Source: Hormiphora californensis
Lineage: Eukaryota > Animalia > Ctenophora
Length of the DNA: 64,000 nucleotides
Reading direction: 5' to 3'
Assembly (NCBI GenBank): GCA_020137815.1
Contig: CM035356.1
Coordinates: 496,001-560,000, forward strand
The notes under the pieces are model-generated. The model did no database searches. It was not told the DNA's origin and worked only from the letters and a program-made list of their open reading frames with translations. Both the position numbers and the translations under genes were made by a program. Of this stretch, positions 22,680 through 63,090 are shown piece after piece. Numbering within the stretch: position 1 is the stretch's first letter; each line of letters begins with the position of its first letter.

Positions 22680-23069
22680 GGTGACTGAAGGGACCCTGAG
22701 AGAAAATGGAGGGGGTTAGACATTTTCAGTAGAGATAAATCTGAATAATCTTGCGGTTGTTAACTCACCGTTTGGTTTATCCTCATTAGAGGATTAGCGT
22801 ACTTCGGCACTAATCATGTAACATTGCTAACATGAAAAAATATGGCGTTTGTTACAAAGTACATAATACTGCACTTAGGACAGTATATTGTACGGGGGAA
22901 GGTAAACAAATAACACAGGGTAAAAAACATAAAACTGAGCTTTTTAACATAGCTTGTTGGAATTGTCAAATATTTGTACAGAAGTAGCTCAAACTAATTA
23001 TTTGATGCATACAAAATATGATAAATTATAAAAAGTCTCTCTCTGTTCCTTTCTGATTGCAGTTGTTCC

Positions 23070-24818
23070 CTATAAATTAGATTGTATCGCGTCCACTTTT
23101 CGAAGTGTCGCTTCCATCAACTTCTCCATCTTGGACTGCCTTTTCTCAATAACATCCAGACGATCTTCAATAGCAAATGTAGTATCCACCGCCTATAGGG
23201 AAACAGTGGGGTGAGCGAGTTTTATTTAAAACTAAAAGATAGTTTGACAGCGTGTAGTTTAAATTATAAAGAGAGTAATACTGTTTGTATACCTGTTTGG
23301 CTATCTCATTTTTCAGCCACCTAGTCTCACTTTCAACGAACCCCTTTAATTCCTTGAACTGTTGTTCTATCATGGTTGATATGATGACCATCTGTTCAGG
23401 GGTCTCTCCCACTGGGAGCGGAGTTGATAGGATAGGAGATGGCGGTTTCCTTATATTCTGTTGTTTGTTGCTTTGACCTTGGGAATATGAAATAGAATCA
23501 CTAATGAGGAGTGGAGAAACAACATTATAATTTAAACTATTTGTTGTCCACCGATCGACATTGTTCAGTATATACATTTCCCTTATGGGAGAGGGGCAGA
23601 GTATTTACCGTGTTCCAAGAGGCGCTTCATTTCAGCAAACTCCTCCCCAAGAAATGATTTTAGAGCAGACATGTGCCGTTCAGAAACCGCATCATTCACA
23701 CTACTGATACCTGCGAGAAATAGCAATTTAGAGGTTTTAAAACCAACCTGCCCCAGCACACATCCGTTTAGGTTTTTAAAAACATGATCCATCTTTATTC
23801 AACATACCGGTACCAGTTAGGAGACTTGTAGTAGGAGGCGTTAGTGGGTCTTGAATAAGTGAACCTTGACCTGGGCTCGCTTCTAGCACACCAGTACTGT
23901 GATTTGGTGCCAACAGATTTCTGTTCTGATGATTGAGACGGATTAATTGGGGAGGGGGATTAAAAGAGGAACAGGGAGGGGAAAAAGTATCAACAGGATA
24001 TGGGAACAATGCGAGTTGCAAGGTAACATTAAACATTTGTTACATACCGTAGTTTTGTTTTTCCTGTCCGAAATTTGGGATAACGCTGGACTGGGGCTGG
24101 CATGTCGATGCAGTATCACTCCTGACTTTCTGAAATAATGAAGCGTTATTTTGACAAACTAAACAGGCCTGAACACAGAAAATAATACAAACTCACAATT
24201 TATAAATCACCCAATTTAAAAGCGCCGACACAGTGTCAAGCGACTACCAAACAAATTGTGTACTAGGTCTACAACGTACGGTGTTGAAGATATGCGTGGA
24301 GGGTGGGTGGGCTCGATACCGGCTGGTGATTTTGAGTAGTTAGCTAATAGTCGTGAGGGTTGATTCCCTGGTGCAGTGTTCTCTTTCCCCGTTATCTGGG
24401 AGATGTTTCTTTTGCTGGGCTGATCCACTGACAATGATCCTCTTTTGAGGGGCTCTTTTGCTCCTGTAATGTTGTTATTATGCAGGGGAATTCATTGGGC
24501 CAATTTCATAACACGCCATATCACAGAATGCTACTGGACAAGAGATTTTAAAACTAGTGTCAGCTAGTAATATATTATACCTGGGGTGCTGTATGTAGAG
24601 TTGGAGATTAGATCGCTGATGTTGAACGATGAATTCTCCTCCAAACTCTGCTCTTCTGCTTTCAGTTCTTTAGCTGCACTATTTCTACTAGCTGTAATAG
24701 AGTGTTACAGAGTGGTTCGTTTAGATCAGTTAAGAAAGTAACTCTTGTTCCATTAATTACCTTTCTGTGAAACCAGTTGTCTTGGTCTTGTGGTCCCTGA
24801 ATAGCGTGATTCTGACAT
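23070..24818 (-). CDS. Multi-exon orphan protein, Ser/Pro-rich with a C-terminal coiled coil
   Basis: ATG at 24818 and a series of short GT-AG exons. The last exon reads AVDTTFAIEDRLDVIEKRQSKMEKLMEATLRKVDAIQSNL*. Confidence 0.65.
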
Positions 24819-25020
24819 AACTCTTCCTAATTTCTATTGGGCATCTCCAGTCAATACAAAGAAGCTCACAAGAATATAATACAGCACGATTTGAATCAAT
24901 AAAAACGTTAAAATTGTATTTGTACATTGCACATAGAACATGAAGCTACATTGTTTAATTTACATTTTATTTTGCGTCACATTGATTGGTAAAGTCTTTA
25001 TCTACACTGTGTTATCCCCC

Positions 25021-25538
25021 TTATTTCCTCTCCTCAACCTTTCTCGGGCGTTGTTGCCCAGCAGAAGAAACAGGCCTAGTTCCCATCGTGCTCTTAGTGT
25101 TCAAAAGACGATTTAACAAGTGCTGAAAAGTGTGTCAATATCTTATTATTTTGTTAACTGAGACTGTTTTGCTCATCTGTTATAGTTTAGTACACATTGA
25201 GTGTGAAGTGATAGTTTGAGATTTCGTACATATCATGAGACTAGACTACTATGTAATATAGTAATCGCCTTTGTTTTACTTACATGGTTTTCTGATTGAA
25301 TACGATTTTCCTGCTTCTTCCTATTTATAGGCGGCGTGGTTTGGTCGAGGTGCTGTCTTTTGAGGATTAAATTGTGGAGTTCTGCCCTGTAGAGAAATAC
25401 CAATTGAGCCGTTAAAACGTAAAACCACCCAACCACAAAAGCTCTGGAAATCTTACCGACCTGAATGGCAACAAGACTTTTAAGAATTCTTTTGTTTTCC
25501 TCTTCGATCATTCTTGCTTCGCACTTGTTGAATGACAT
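25021..25538 (-). CDS. Small CFAP97/KIAA1430-domain-like ciliary protein (3 exons, one apparent +1 frameshift near 25330)
   Basis: MSFNKCEARMIEEENKRILKSL ... NHAA/INRKKQENRIQSENH|HLLNRLLNTK matches the two-repeat 'I..EN..LL..L' pattern of the CFAP97 domain as I recall it. Confidence 0.65.
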
Positions 25539-26735
25539 CTTCTAAGCCCTATTAATTATCAAATGTGAATTTTTATCGGACTCGATTTACCATCCCCCAA
25601 TTTACCAGCCCCCAATTAACTGGACAGATAAACTTCCCCCGGGGTTCATAATATGAAAAATATTTCAGTTACGTAAAATCAGAGTGTCAAGCTAAGCCAC
25701 CAGTATCACTGAAAAGCAAAATAAGTACAAAATCGATGCCAAAGTCGAAAATAAAAAAGTCAAAACGAAAGTCAAAATAAAAATGTCAAACTTCAGATTT
25801 TCAAAATATCGCACTCGCGTCGACATTTGCGCGCGGCACCCTACGCGCAGTAAATATTAACCGTTGACTTATATTTTTGTGCGTGTTACGTCGATTGAAA
25901 ACGTCTGAGTGAAAACAAAGAAGAATCGGGTGAAACTTTCAATGAAAGTTACAGGAAACCCAGGCATTATACGATATGTAGCCCACAGTGCTGTCTGGCG
26001 GCGCCAGACCCCAATTTGATTCTCAAATGGGTCGCGGCGCCAGACAGCCACAGTGCGGGTCCGGGTCGGTGTCACCAGACACAGACTAGACATTGACACA
26101 TTTGCAGTTGCACTTGATTTGACATGTTCCTTGTCTGTCAGCTCTCACACCGGGCCGAAGGCCCGGTGCGAGCTTACGCGGCGCTTAAGTGCCGATAGAC
26201 AGACTGCGTAGCATGGCAACACTTGATCCACTGTTGAAGATAGAACACTTAAACACACATTTTTTGAAACCATGAAGACAGTTATTGCTATAAATAAACA
26301 AATAAAATTATCCAATGCATTTACTTTAAGTCTAAGTTCAACAGCATTTAGCAATGCCAGTGCCACATTGGTTCCAAAATCCACCAGATCTTCATCTAGA
26401 CCATAAATTAAACTTAACTCTGACTCTGAACTGCTATTTTCTTTCAACGAAGATGTCATTATTTTATTAAATTTCCTGGAAGTGGCTCTTTTATCCATAA
26501 TAATAACGCTTAAAATCAGCTCACAAAAAAGCAGTCTTTTTCTCTCCCCTCAACAGTCACTTGAACAGTCACACTTAATCACTGCAAATCATCAACTCAT
26601 TAAATCTGCTAATTAACATGCCCCATTGTTCATGTTAGAGCAGTCGTTTGATAGATACCACTCTTATCTTGATAATACTGTGCTGCGTAGGATGCGGCAC
26701 TGGGAAACGCTGGCTCCTTGAACGCTGTAGTCGTG

Positions 26736-28996
26736 TCAGCTGCAGACTTGCTGTAGGGTGCCATGCCACCACCGGTACTGCAGACTACCGGGGAGGGTTT
26801 GGAGATGGAGGGGTACAGGCTGTGAAAATGGCCATCTGAAACAAACCGGAATTTAGTGATTTGCTTTGTTGAATGTTGTTCTCTAAGAAAAGAATGTTCG
26901 AACGAAAGAACGGGGCATTCATATTTGAAAGTGGTCTAATCTCTTCATTCCCTAGAAATTGAGCACGCTATTGAGCTATTCATTCCCCTTTCTCTAACCT
27001 GTTGAGTCGGCTCTCTGAACGGTGGGAGTTTGTAGTGGCGTTAACACAGTTAGAGAGCTAGTTGATGGAGGGGGTACCGTCGTTGCTGGGGGCGACAAGG
27101 GCGACTGGTAACCATGGTAACCGCTCCACATGTAGTTAGGAAAGGATGGAAAGGTATTGGCAAAGGAAGAGTAGAGATGGTGGGGCGCTGGGAAGGTGTT
27201 TGTTGTAACTTCTGAATCCTAGGGAGGAAGAATTGTTAGCATCAGGGGGAACTAGGAAGGGGAGGAAGAATTGTTAGCATCTCGGGGAACACATAGTGCT
27301 ACTGTACCAGAGAATGTTTGTCATGGTTATCGAATTTGCAACTGTCACATAAAAATTGATGAGCCCAGGGATCATCTTAACTTCTCTCTCCCTCTCTCTC
27401 CCTCTCCCCCGTCTCTCTCGTCTCCATCTCTCCATCTCTTTCACTCTCTATCTCTCTCTCTCTCTCTATCTCTCTCTCCCTCTCTCCATCTCTCTATCTC
27501 TCTATCCCTCTCTCCATCTCTCCACTTATTCCCTCCCATTTCTCATCTCAAACGAATGAAAATCGCAGCTCACTCAACCACTATGTTAGTTAAGCAGTCC
27601 TTACATTAGTGATTTTAGGGTTTGATGCTGCTGTTGCTGTGGTAAAGGATGAGAATCCTGAATGGGTGGTGTAATAAGATGGCACCTCCTTCCTCAGCAA
27701 CCTCTCCTCACTACCAAGGAGGTTGTATCGTGCCTCGTTCAGCCTCTTCCACTTGGTCCGTCTGGGGAGTAGTTGGATATTAGTTAGGGAAAGAGCGGGG
27801 TGGGGAGGGAGAGAGATGGGGAGGGGAGATAGAGAGGAGAAATAGAGACGGAGGTCGGAGAGAGAGGGGGAGATAGCGAGATGGGGAGGGAGAGATAAAG
27901 GTATGGAAAAAGATAGAGAAAATGGAGACAAAAAAGAAATAAAGGACACTAACCTGTTCTGAAACCATGTTTTAATCTGAGAGTCGGTTAGCCCAAGTTC
28001 GGAACATAGGAGGGTTCTGTCCGCCACACTGACGTACCTGGGGATTGACATAATTTAAGAAGAGGTGAGGAGAGGAAGGGATATATTATAGGGAGATAGG
28101 AAGATGTTATCTTGGAATGACATTATCATGATTATCATGTCCACCGGATTATTATTTTTTGATATTTCTTATCAATATTCAATGTCAGTCTGATATTTAT
28201 AAGAAATAAAACTGATATGGTTTACGGGTGATTATATTATTTAAACGGTCTAAACGGTATAGATCGGTATAGACCAGTGCAGTACCCACCCCGCCCGGAG
28301 ATGGTTATGGAACGTTACAAGATATCGGTCTAGACGACCTTCTCATAACATTAAGAGATATGCAGTAAGGGGGAATATCTTTTAGTAAGAGTCAAAATGT
28401 AGTAATGGATTCTTTAGTTAATCGTGCTAAGTGAGTTTTAGATACAAAAATGGGTAGAATTCATGTCTTTCACGTCTAATGAAAAATGACTGATGAAATT
28501 AAATCTAGAAAAGTATTATCCCCTCCCCTAAAACATTTCAAAGTTAACCCTCTCCCTCTCCCAGTGATCTGACATGAGTTCTCTGCCAGGTTAGAAGTTT
28601 CACCATTTAGTAGTCAAACCAGCAAACCCCATTATTACGTGTTTGCCTTCTAGCTACAGCTACCCTCCCTCTGCCGTGTGAAGGGGAGAAACTAGACTAA
28701 ATGGTAGCCAGGGAAGACCGAAAATAACACACGATATATAAACTATTCTGATGATCGCTTTAACAAAAAACTCACTTGTTAATTCTGAAGCGTCTCTCCA
28801 GCTCCTTCAGCTGATCATCACTAAAACATGTCCTGGGTCTCCTTGCCTTCCTAAGGGCAGCCCCATCACTACCCGCCTGGTCGCTGGTATCTGCCACCAT
28901 CCGGCACGGCCTGTATCCCTCAGGCTGGATCGGGATGGGTCTGGTGTGCTCTATATCTAGATGATGTCGCTCCATGAGCTCACCCTTTGAGGTCAC
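26736..28996 (-). CDS. ANTP-class (NKL, Tlx/BarH-like) homeobox gene; first exon(s) not resolved
   Basis: Exons 28996-28776, 28037-27954 and 27761-~27605 splice in frame to [60 protein letters not shown]. Further exons at about 27218-26999 and 26835-26736. Confidence 0.9.
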
Positions 28997-29299
28997 CTGG
29001 TAGGGGAAGTGGGAGTTATTATTATAGGAGGAATGAGACTGGGGGAAGTAGGAGTTATAGGAGGACTGATAATTGTAGGGAGAAAGGTTTGTTCTAGAAT
29101 TTAGCGGGTGATGGATGCTTAGTAAAGGGGGAGTTAGCTAAAGATGATATAGTTGATGTTGGGTATCACAGGGTCTTTGTTAGAGGCCCTAAGAGTCTCA
29201 TATAATGAAACACTTCATTAAAATTGTTTGTTCTTTATCGCTTTAAATAGTTTTTTTCAAGCAGACTTAAAAGAAAAGGGATAGAATAAAAGAGAGAAA

Positions 29300-36400
<7,101 letters not shown>

Positions 36401-38329
36401 CCTTCTTCTTCGTCACATGATCAGCCTCGTGTCCCGCAGACCCCCCCCCCCCCCCGTATGTACGGACTATCACACAGCGTCACATGTCAGATAACTGACA
36501 AGGAAAAAGTATAGAAACGAGAGAAAGGGGGGAGGGAGAGAATGATTGTGGAGATAAAGAAAGAAACATCGGTTTGGTCTAAAGCTTTTAGACTTGTGAA
36601 GGGTTGTCATTGCGAATCTATCAAATCTAGCCCCCCTGGTAGGGGGCTATCTATCATACATCTATCTATCGGACAGGGGAAGCAAATCTCGATAGATATT
36701 ACAGATAACCAACCTTTAGATAGATCTTTTAGATAGCCGAGAATATAGTTCTCCTGTCAATAGCATGGGTTCCCACAATGTTTAGTTTAAATAATTCTGA
36801 TAGATCCTAGATAGATCTGGGAAGTCGAGTATTTCTTATCCAACCAATATAGTTGCACAATAGCACAGTTGGAGATTGAGTACGGTGTATCCCAATCATG
36901 TAACGTGTATTGAAAGTGTGCTGAGGGGTTGGGACACCATGATAGTTGGGGGGGGGGGGGGTGCTGTAATTCATAGTTTTGGGGGGACACCATTATAATA
37001 GTTGGCTGCTGTAATTTAGAGCTGTTAGCAAGAAGCATTTTTTATTATTTCGACTAATCTAACTGCACACGTACGGTCCTCGCATACTTGCTAAACAGTT
37101 GCACGCTAGCATTGGTGATAATTTCAGGGGGATAGAGAGAGAGGGAGAAAGAGCAAGAGAGGTATTACATTGGTATTGCAGTCTAGACGCAGATGTTAGT
37201 GAATGCCATGGTAAATGTTCCAAACTAAACGATTGTTAACGTGTTCGACTCTGGGAATCAGATTCATTTCACATGGCTCCCCAATCGATTTCTTCTTTCA
37301 ATTGTATAGCGAAAAAGGGGAATGAACGGAGTTGTTTAAAGTAGTGTTGAAAAGATTGAAACTTTTCAAACTTTTCAACACTACTTTAAAGAAATTAATT
37401 TGAGTGTTTCGCTCTTGGATAATCAGTTTAGCACTCTACGTCTTCTACGTCTTCTACGTGAATGAACTGTGAATAGGGTTATGATTCAATTGAGATTGGT
37501 GCCCATCATCCGGTATATCAAAATTATATATACGGTACTCTAATATGATGCACAATCAACTCACCAATTAGACTATGGACGGCTGTATTGAGCTGTGTAA
37601 CATGCATGGTTGAAGATACAGCATAACAAGTGGTGTTGCAGGCGTAGAGATATCCATGGCTGGGACTCCCCAGAATTCCCTTTCCGTACATTTCTGAAAC
37701 ACAAGGAGAGGTTTTGATCCCTGAGTTCTGTTTGCAGTATTCAAGAAGACGCCCAGTAAAGTCGGATTTTTTGAAACTGTCACCCCCCTGGGTATTTTCA
37801 AACTTCGTAAATGACCATAAATCCGGTTCCTGACGAGATAGAGACTTGAAATTTGGAGGAACAATGATTGTACGCAATCTTCCGCCCAAATTAGGTGGTA
37901 ACTTTCAAAACGAATTGTAATTTGTAGTCGGCGAGGTGACAGTTTTCAAAACCGATTGCCTTTAGCGCAAGTGCTTCCGCCCGGCATGAGAAGCGCGCGC
38001 ATGAAGAAAACCACAGACTTAGAACAAAAAACCACGGGTTCAAAGTATTTTGCACAACTCTCAAACATCGCAACTGTTGGCAACTTACCTCCTCCTACAT
38101 TTTCACTATGGTTATGTTCCGTCGTATTGTTTAGCTGTGGTGAACATATTTATCAAGATTGGTAACATCTGGGTATCTGCCTGGCTTTTCTGAATCGTAA
38201 CATCGGTACATTCAACAAATTCAACATGCGAACACTAAATGATTTTTAAAGGTCACCGCCAAAAACGCATCTGAAGTATTATCAATTTGGATACCGACCA
38301 CAAGTTTACATTGATCCCATTGACATGAT

Positions 38330-40700
38330 AGAATTTTCCTCAGGAATAGGAGGGGGCAGCTTTCAAATCACTTATCCGACAAGGCGCCACATTAAGGAAC
38401 ATATTCTAATTTTAAATTAAGGGGCAAATAAAGAACAGCTCATCGTTACCCCTCTTTAAGTTTACAGCCCTTTTGTTTTCAGCGTAAAATTCCCCTGGGG
38501 GGGACCCCCAAATTCCCTTCCGTATTTTTGGAAAAAAAGGGTTTTTGTCCATTCTTTTGCATTAAAGTGGGTTTTTTTTGAATTTGTCCCCCCCAAAAAT
38601 ACCCCTTAAATTTTATAATTTTTCCCGGCACCCACACTTTTAAATTGATGTGACGCGAAAAAAAAAATTTCCGCGCACAAAAAGGGGGGTGAAAATTAAA
38701 AAAAATCCGACTTATTCAAGAAGGGCCCCAAAAAGCCTTTTCACCAGAGTTTCCCCCCGGGATACCCCGAACTAGGCGGCTTTTAAAACCCCCACAAGGG
38801 TTAACGGGGAAAGAAATGATGAGTAAGTTTACAGGCTTTTTTGTGGCCCAACTTTAAACAAAAAACAACATGAAAATGCTTAATCCTTTAATTTTTAAAA
38901 ATTGGATTCATTTTTTCCCGGGCGGGGCATATTTAAAGGGATTGGTAACACTGGGTATTGCCGTTTCTGATACTTCGCAGTTGTAAACAAGTCAGGGTAA
39001 ATTTCAATTTTTAACTTTCAAAAACAATTAAATCGGGTTTTTGAAACTTAACCCCCCCAAAGAGGCAAAAAATTTAAATTTTTACGCGCCCCCAAAGTTA
39101 AAGTAGGGGTTGGGCCAGAAAAGGGGGGTTAATTTTTAAAAAATCCCCCTTTTCGAGAAGGCACACATCAGGAAGGAACCCCATATTCTTTTAGGGTTTC
39201 AAAATAAATTAGGGCGGGTTACCCTCACCCCTCGGAAGTGAGAGGGGTTTATAAAGGGGAAACAGATGGGAGCTCTGTAGAGTCCTTTTACACAAGACCT
39301 GTTTTTTGGGCCCAAGTACCAGGTTTTTCCCCAAAAGAAAAACAAAACAAAAATAGTAAAACTAAAAACAAATGGAAAAATTTAAAAAATTTAAGGCACC
39401 CAAGTGAAAAAGGAAAAGTAACCGTTAAGGGGACCCTGGTTAACAGGGGAGGGAACGGGCTTAACCGACAGGGCCCAGATCAGGCCAAAAATCAATCCAG
39501 GCCAAAACAGAGGGACTTTCCCTTTTTTTTCTTCCTACTCCGGAGGGGCACATTCGGAAGGAGAACGTTCCCAGTTAAATTAGGGGGGGCCTGGTTTGGA
39601 TAGGAGTGGATCCCCGAACCCATGGGGAAAAGGGGGACCCTACAGTCAGAGGATCAGGAGGCGGGGTATGGTGTAACCCAATACAGCGGAACTTCACGCA
39701 GGAGAGAGGGAAGGAAAAGGGGGAAAAAACAAAGAGTGGGAGGCAAAGAAGGAAGGGGTTCGGGGGGGGGGGCGGGGCATTTCACAGAGGGGGGGGGGGA
39801 AGGGGAAGAGAACAGAGAAAAGGAGGGAAAAGAAGGGGGGCTTGAAACCGAAAAAGGGCTGGGGAAGAGACTAGAAACAAACAAATAGCACCAGGAAATT
39901 ATAAGGATGAAACCCTCTAAAAGAGGAAAAGGGGCAAAAAGGCGAAAAACCAAGGGGATTCAAAAAGGGAGAGAGGGAAAGGAGGGAGAGAGAGGAAAAG
40001 AGAGAGAGGAGAAGGAGGGGGAGGAAAGAGAAAAGACCCCCCCCCCACCCCCGGGGGGGGTTTAAAAAAAAAAAAAAAAAGGGGGGGGGGGCCCCCCCCC
40101 CCAAAAATTTTCCCCCCCCCCCGGGGGGGGGGGGGGCCTTAAAAAAAACCCCCCCCTTTCCCTTGGGGGGGGGGGGGGGCCCCCCCCGCTTTAAAATGGG
40201 GTTTTCTGGTTGGTAGTGGTCCTTTCCTCTTCTCTTTTTTGTCGTTTTCTTCTTCCTGTCCCAAATTTTTGAGTACAGAATTTTGCGCTAGGTATTTGGG
40301 TTTCCCTAACTTTATTCCCAAATTTTTGACAGTAGCTGTATTTCCCCGTTCCAAAAAGGGGGTGTGGTACGTGAAAGCACTGTCATCTCTACAGAGAAAG
40401 AGTTCTCAGCGCCCCTCAATCGAGACTCATTCAGACAGTCCCCAACCTAATATGGGGGGGGTATTTTAAATATTTAAATGATATTTGACTATACAAGCCT
40501 CTGATAAACAGGTAGAGTGATATATTTTTTCCCAGATCGTTGAGAAAGGGATTTTTCGAGGGGGAGCCAAGGGGGTTTCTGTCACAGAAATATATAAACT
40601 GCCGTCCGAGAAAGTATGGACGAGGACAGGGGCTTCGAATTCAAAACCTAGCTCTGTCTTCTCCCCTTTTTTTTACCTAAAATGAAAAATTTTTTTTTTG
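38330..40700. other. Low-quality or unpolished assembly segment
   Basis: Abrupt excess of homopolymer runs. The stretch at ~38880-38970 is an error-ridden copy of ~38090-38195. Confidence 0.8.
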
Positions 40701-40786
40701 TAATTGATTGGTTGGGTAGAATTATCTTGTTTTATATTAGTTGTTTTTTAGAGAGAAAGGGATAGAAAGATCTTTAAAGATCACCC

Positions 40787-61900
<21,114 letters not shown>

Positions 61901-62547
61901 ACCTGTGAACCTGTGACTGTGATCATGATATACATATATATACAATGCATACCTACAATCAGTATGATGCATCATATGACATATATCAGGTGTTACCTAG
62001 CACAAATAGTGCGAATGATGTCATGAGTTGTAAGGCCATTTCTCAGATTTCGTCTTAAATTATCGAATTAGGGATTTAGCACCATCGTTTGGACATAAGA
62101 CTGCTGGACAGTATAGATGATAATGGTCAGTTTGGAAAAAACATATTTCAATTCAGTACTGATAATTGAGACAGTGTTATATTCTCGGTGAAGCGAGACC
62201 GAGGGATGTTTCATAAAAGGTAGCTTGAGCTGTTCTGAATTATTAGTTGTTAACACAGGTCACGCGATGTTAACCATCTCAGATCACGCTTTCGGTACAC
62301 ACTGTTGCCCTTTGGGACGAGGTCTCCCCTTTTCTCTCTCACTCTGTCCCTCGGCCTCCCGCACACCCTTTTGTGCTCATCCGACGGCAAAAAATAGCAC
62401 ATCGCCAGATGTAAAATTTCGGTGGTAGAAATTGGCTGAAATACAAAGGAAGGTGAAAAAACATTTTCAAAAAATATTTCAAAACGCGATCCACGAAATG
62501 AAACGAAAGTCGAAAATAAAGAATTATAATAAATTACCCACGAAATT

Positions 62548-63090
62548 AGTGGAAGCTCTTACGGTATTTCCCACGCCCCGTGGGAAAGTTTTTGACCGTG
62601 GGAAAGTTTTCAAACCGTGGGAAAAGAGAGATACATACAATAACATACAAAAAATAATTATTTTTTAAAAGTTATTGTATGTATCTCTCTTTTCCCACGG
62701 TTTGAAAACTTTCCCACGGTCAAAAACTTTCCCACGGGGCGTGGGAAATACCGTAAGAGTGCGCGGCTCAAATCCTGCGCTCTGATTGGCTGAAATTTCG
62801 CGCGCTCGAAATTTCAGCCAATCACAGCTCAGGATTTGAGCCGCGCACCTAGCTTTCAAAAAATGTTTTTAGTGGAAGCTCTTACGGTATTTCCCACGCC
62901 CCGTGGGAAAGTTTTTGACCGTGGGAAAGTTTTCAAACCGTGGGAAAAGAGAGATACATACAATAAGATACAAAAAATAATTATTTTTTTAAAGTTATTG
63001 TATGTATCTCTCTTTTCCCACGGTTTGAAAACTTTCCCACGGTCAAAAACTTTCCCACGGGGCGTGGGAAATACCGTAAGAGCTTCCACT
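62548..63090. repeat. Three adjacent palindromes (~200, ~90 and ~220 bp); the first and third are copies
   Basis: 62557-62759 and 62870-63090 are near-perfect self-inverted repeats. They flank a GC-rich palindrome at 62759-62849. Confidence 0.92.

Noticed and set aside
26145-26498. 117-aa minus-strand ORF ending in a GC hairpin (caccgggcc-gaa-ggcccggtg)
   Set aside because: It lies downstream of the homeobox stop and runs into repeat-like DNA, with no homology or splice support. Probably UTR or a TE remnant.
38330-40700. G/C/A homopolymer-rich region with G-quadruplex-like runs and several ORFs
   Set aside because: Looks like unpolished, low-quality sequence and includes a noisy copy of adjacent DNA, so it is not interpretable.
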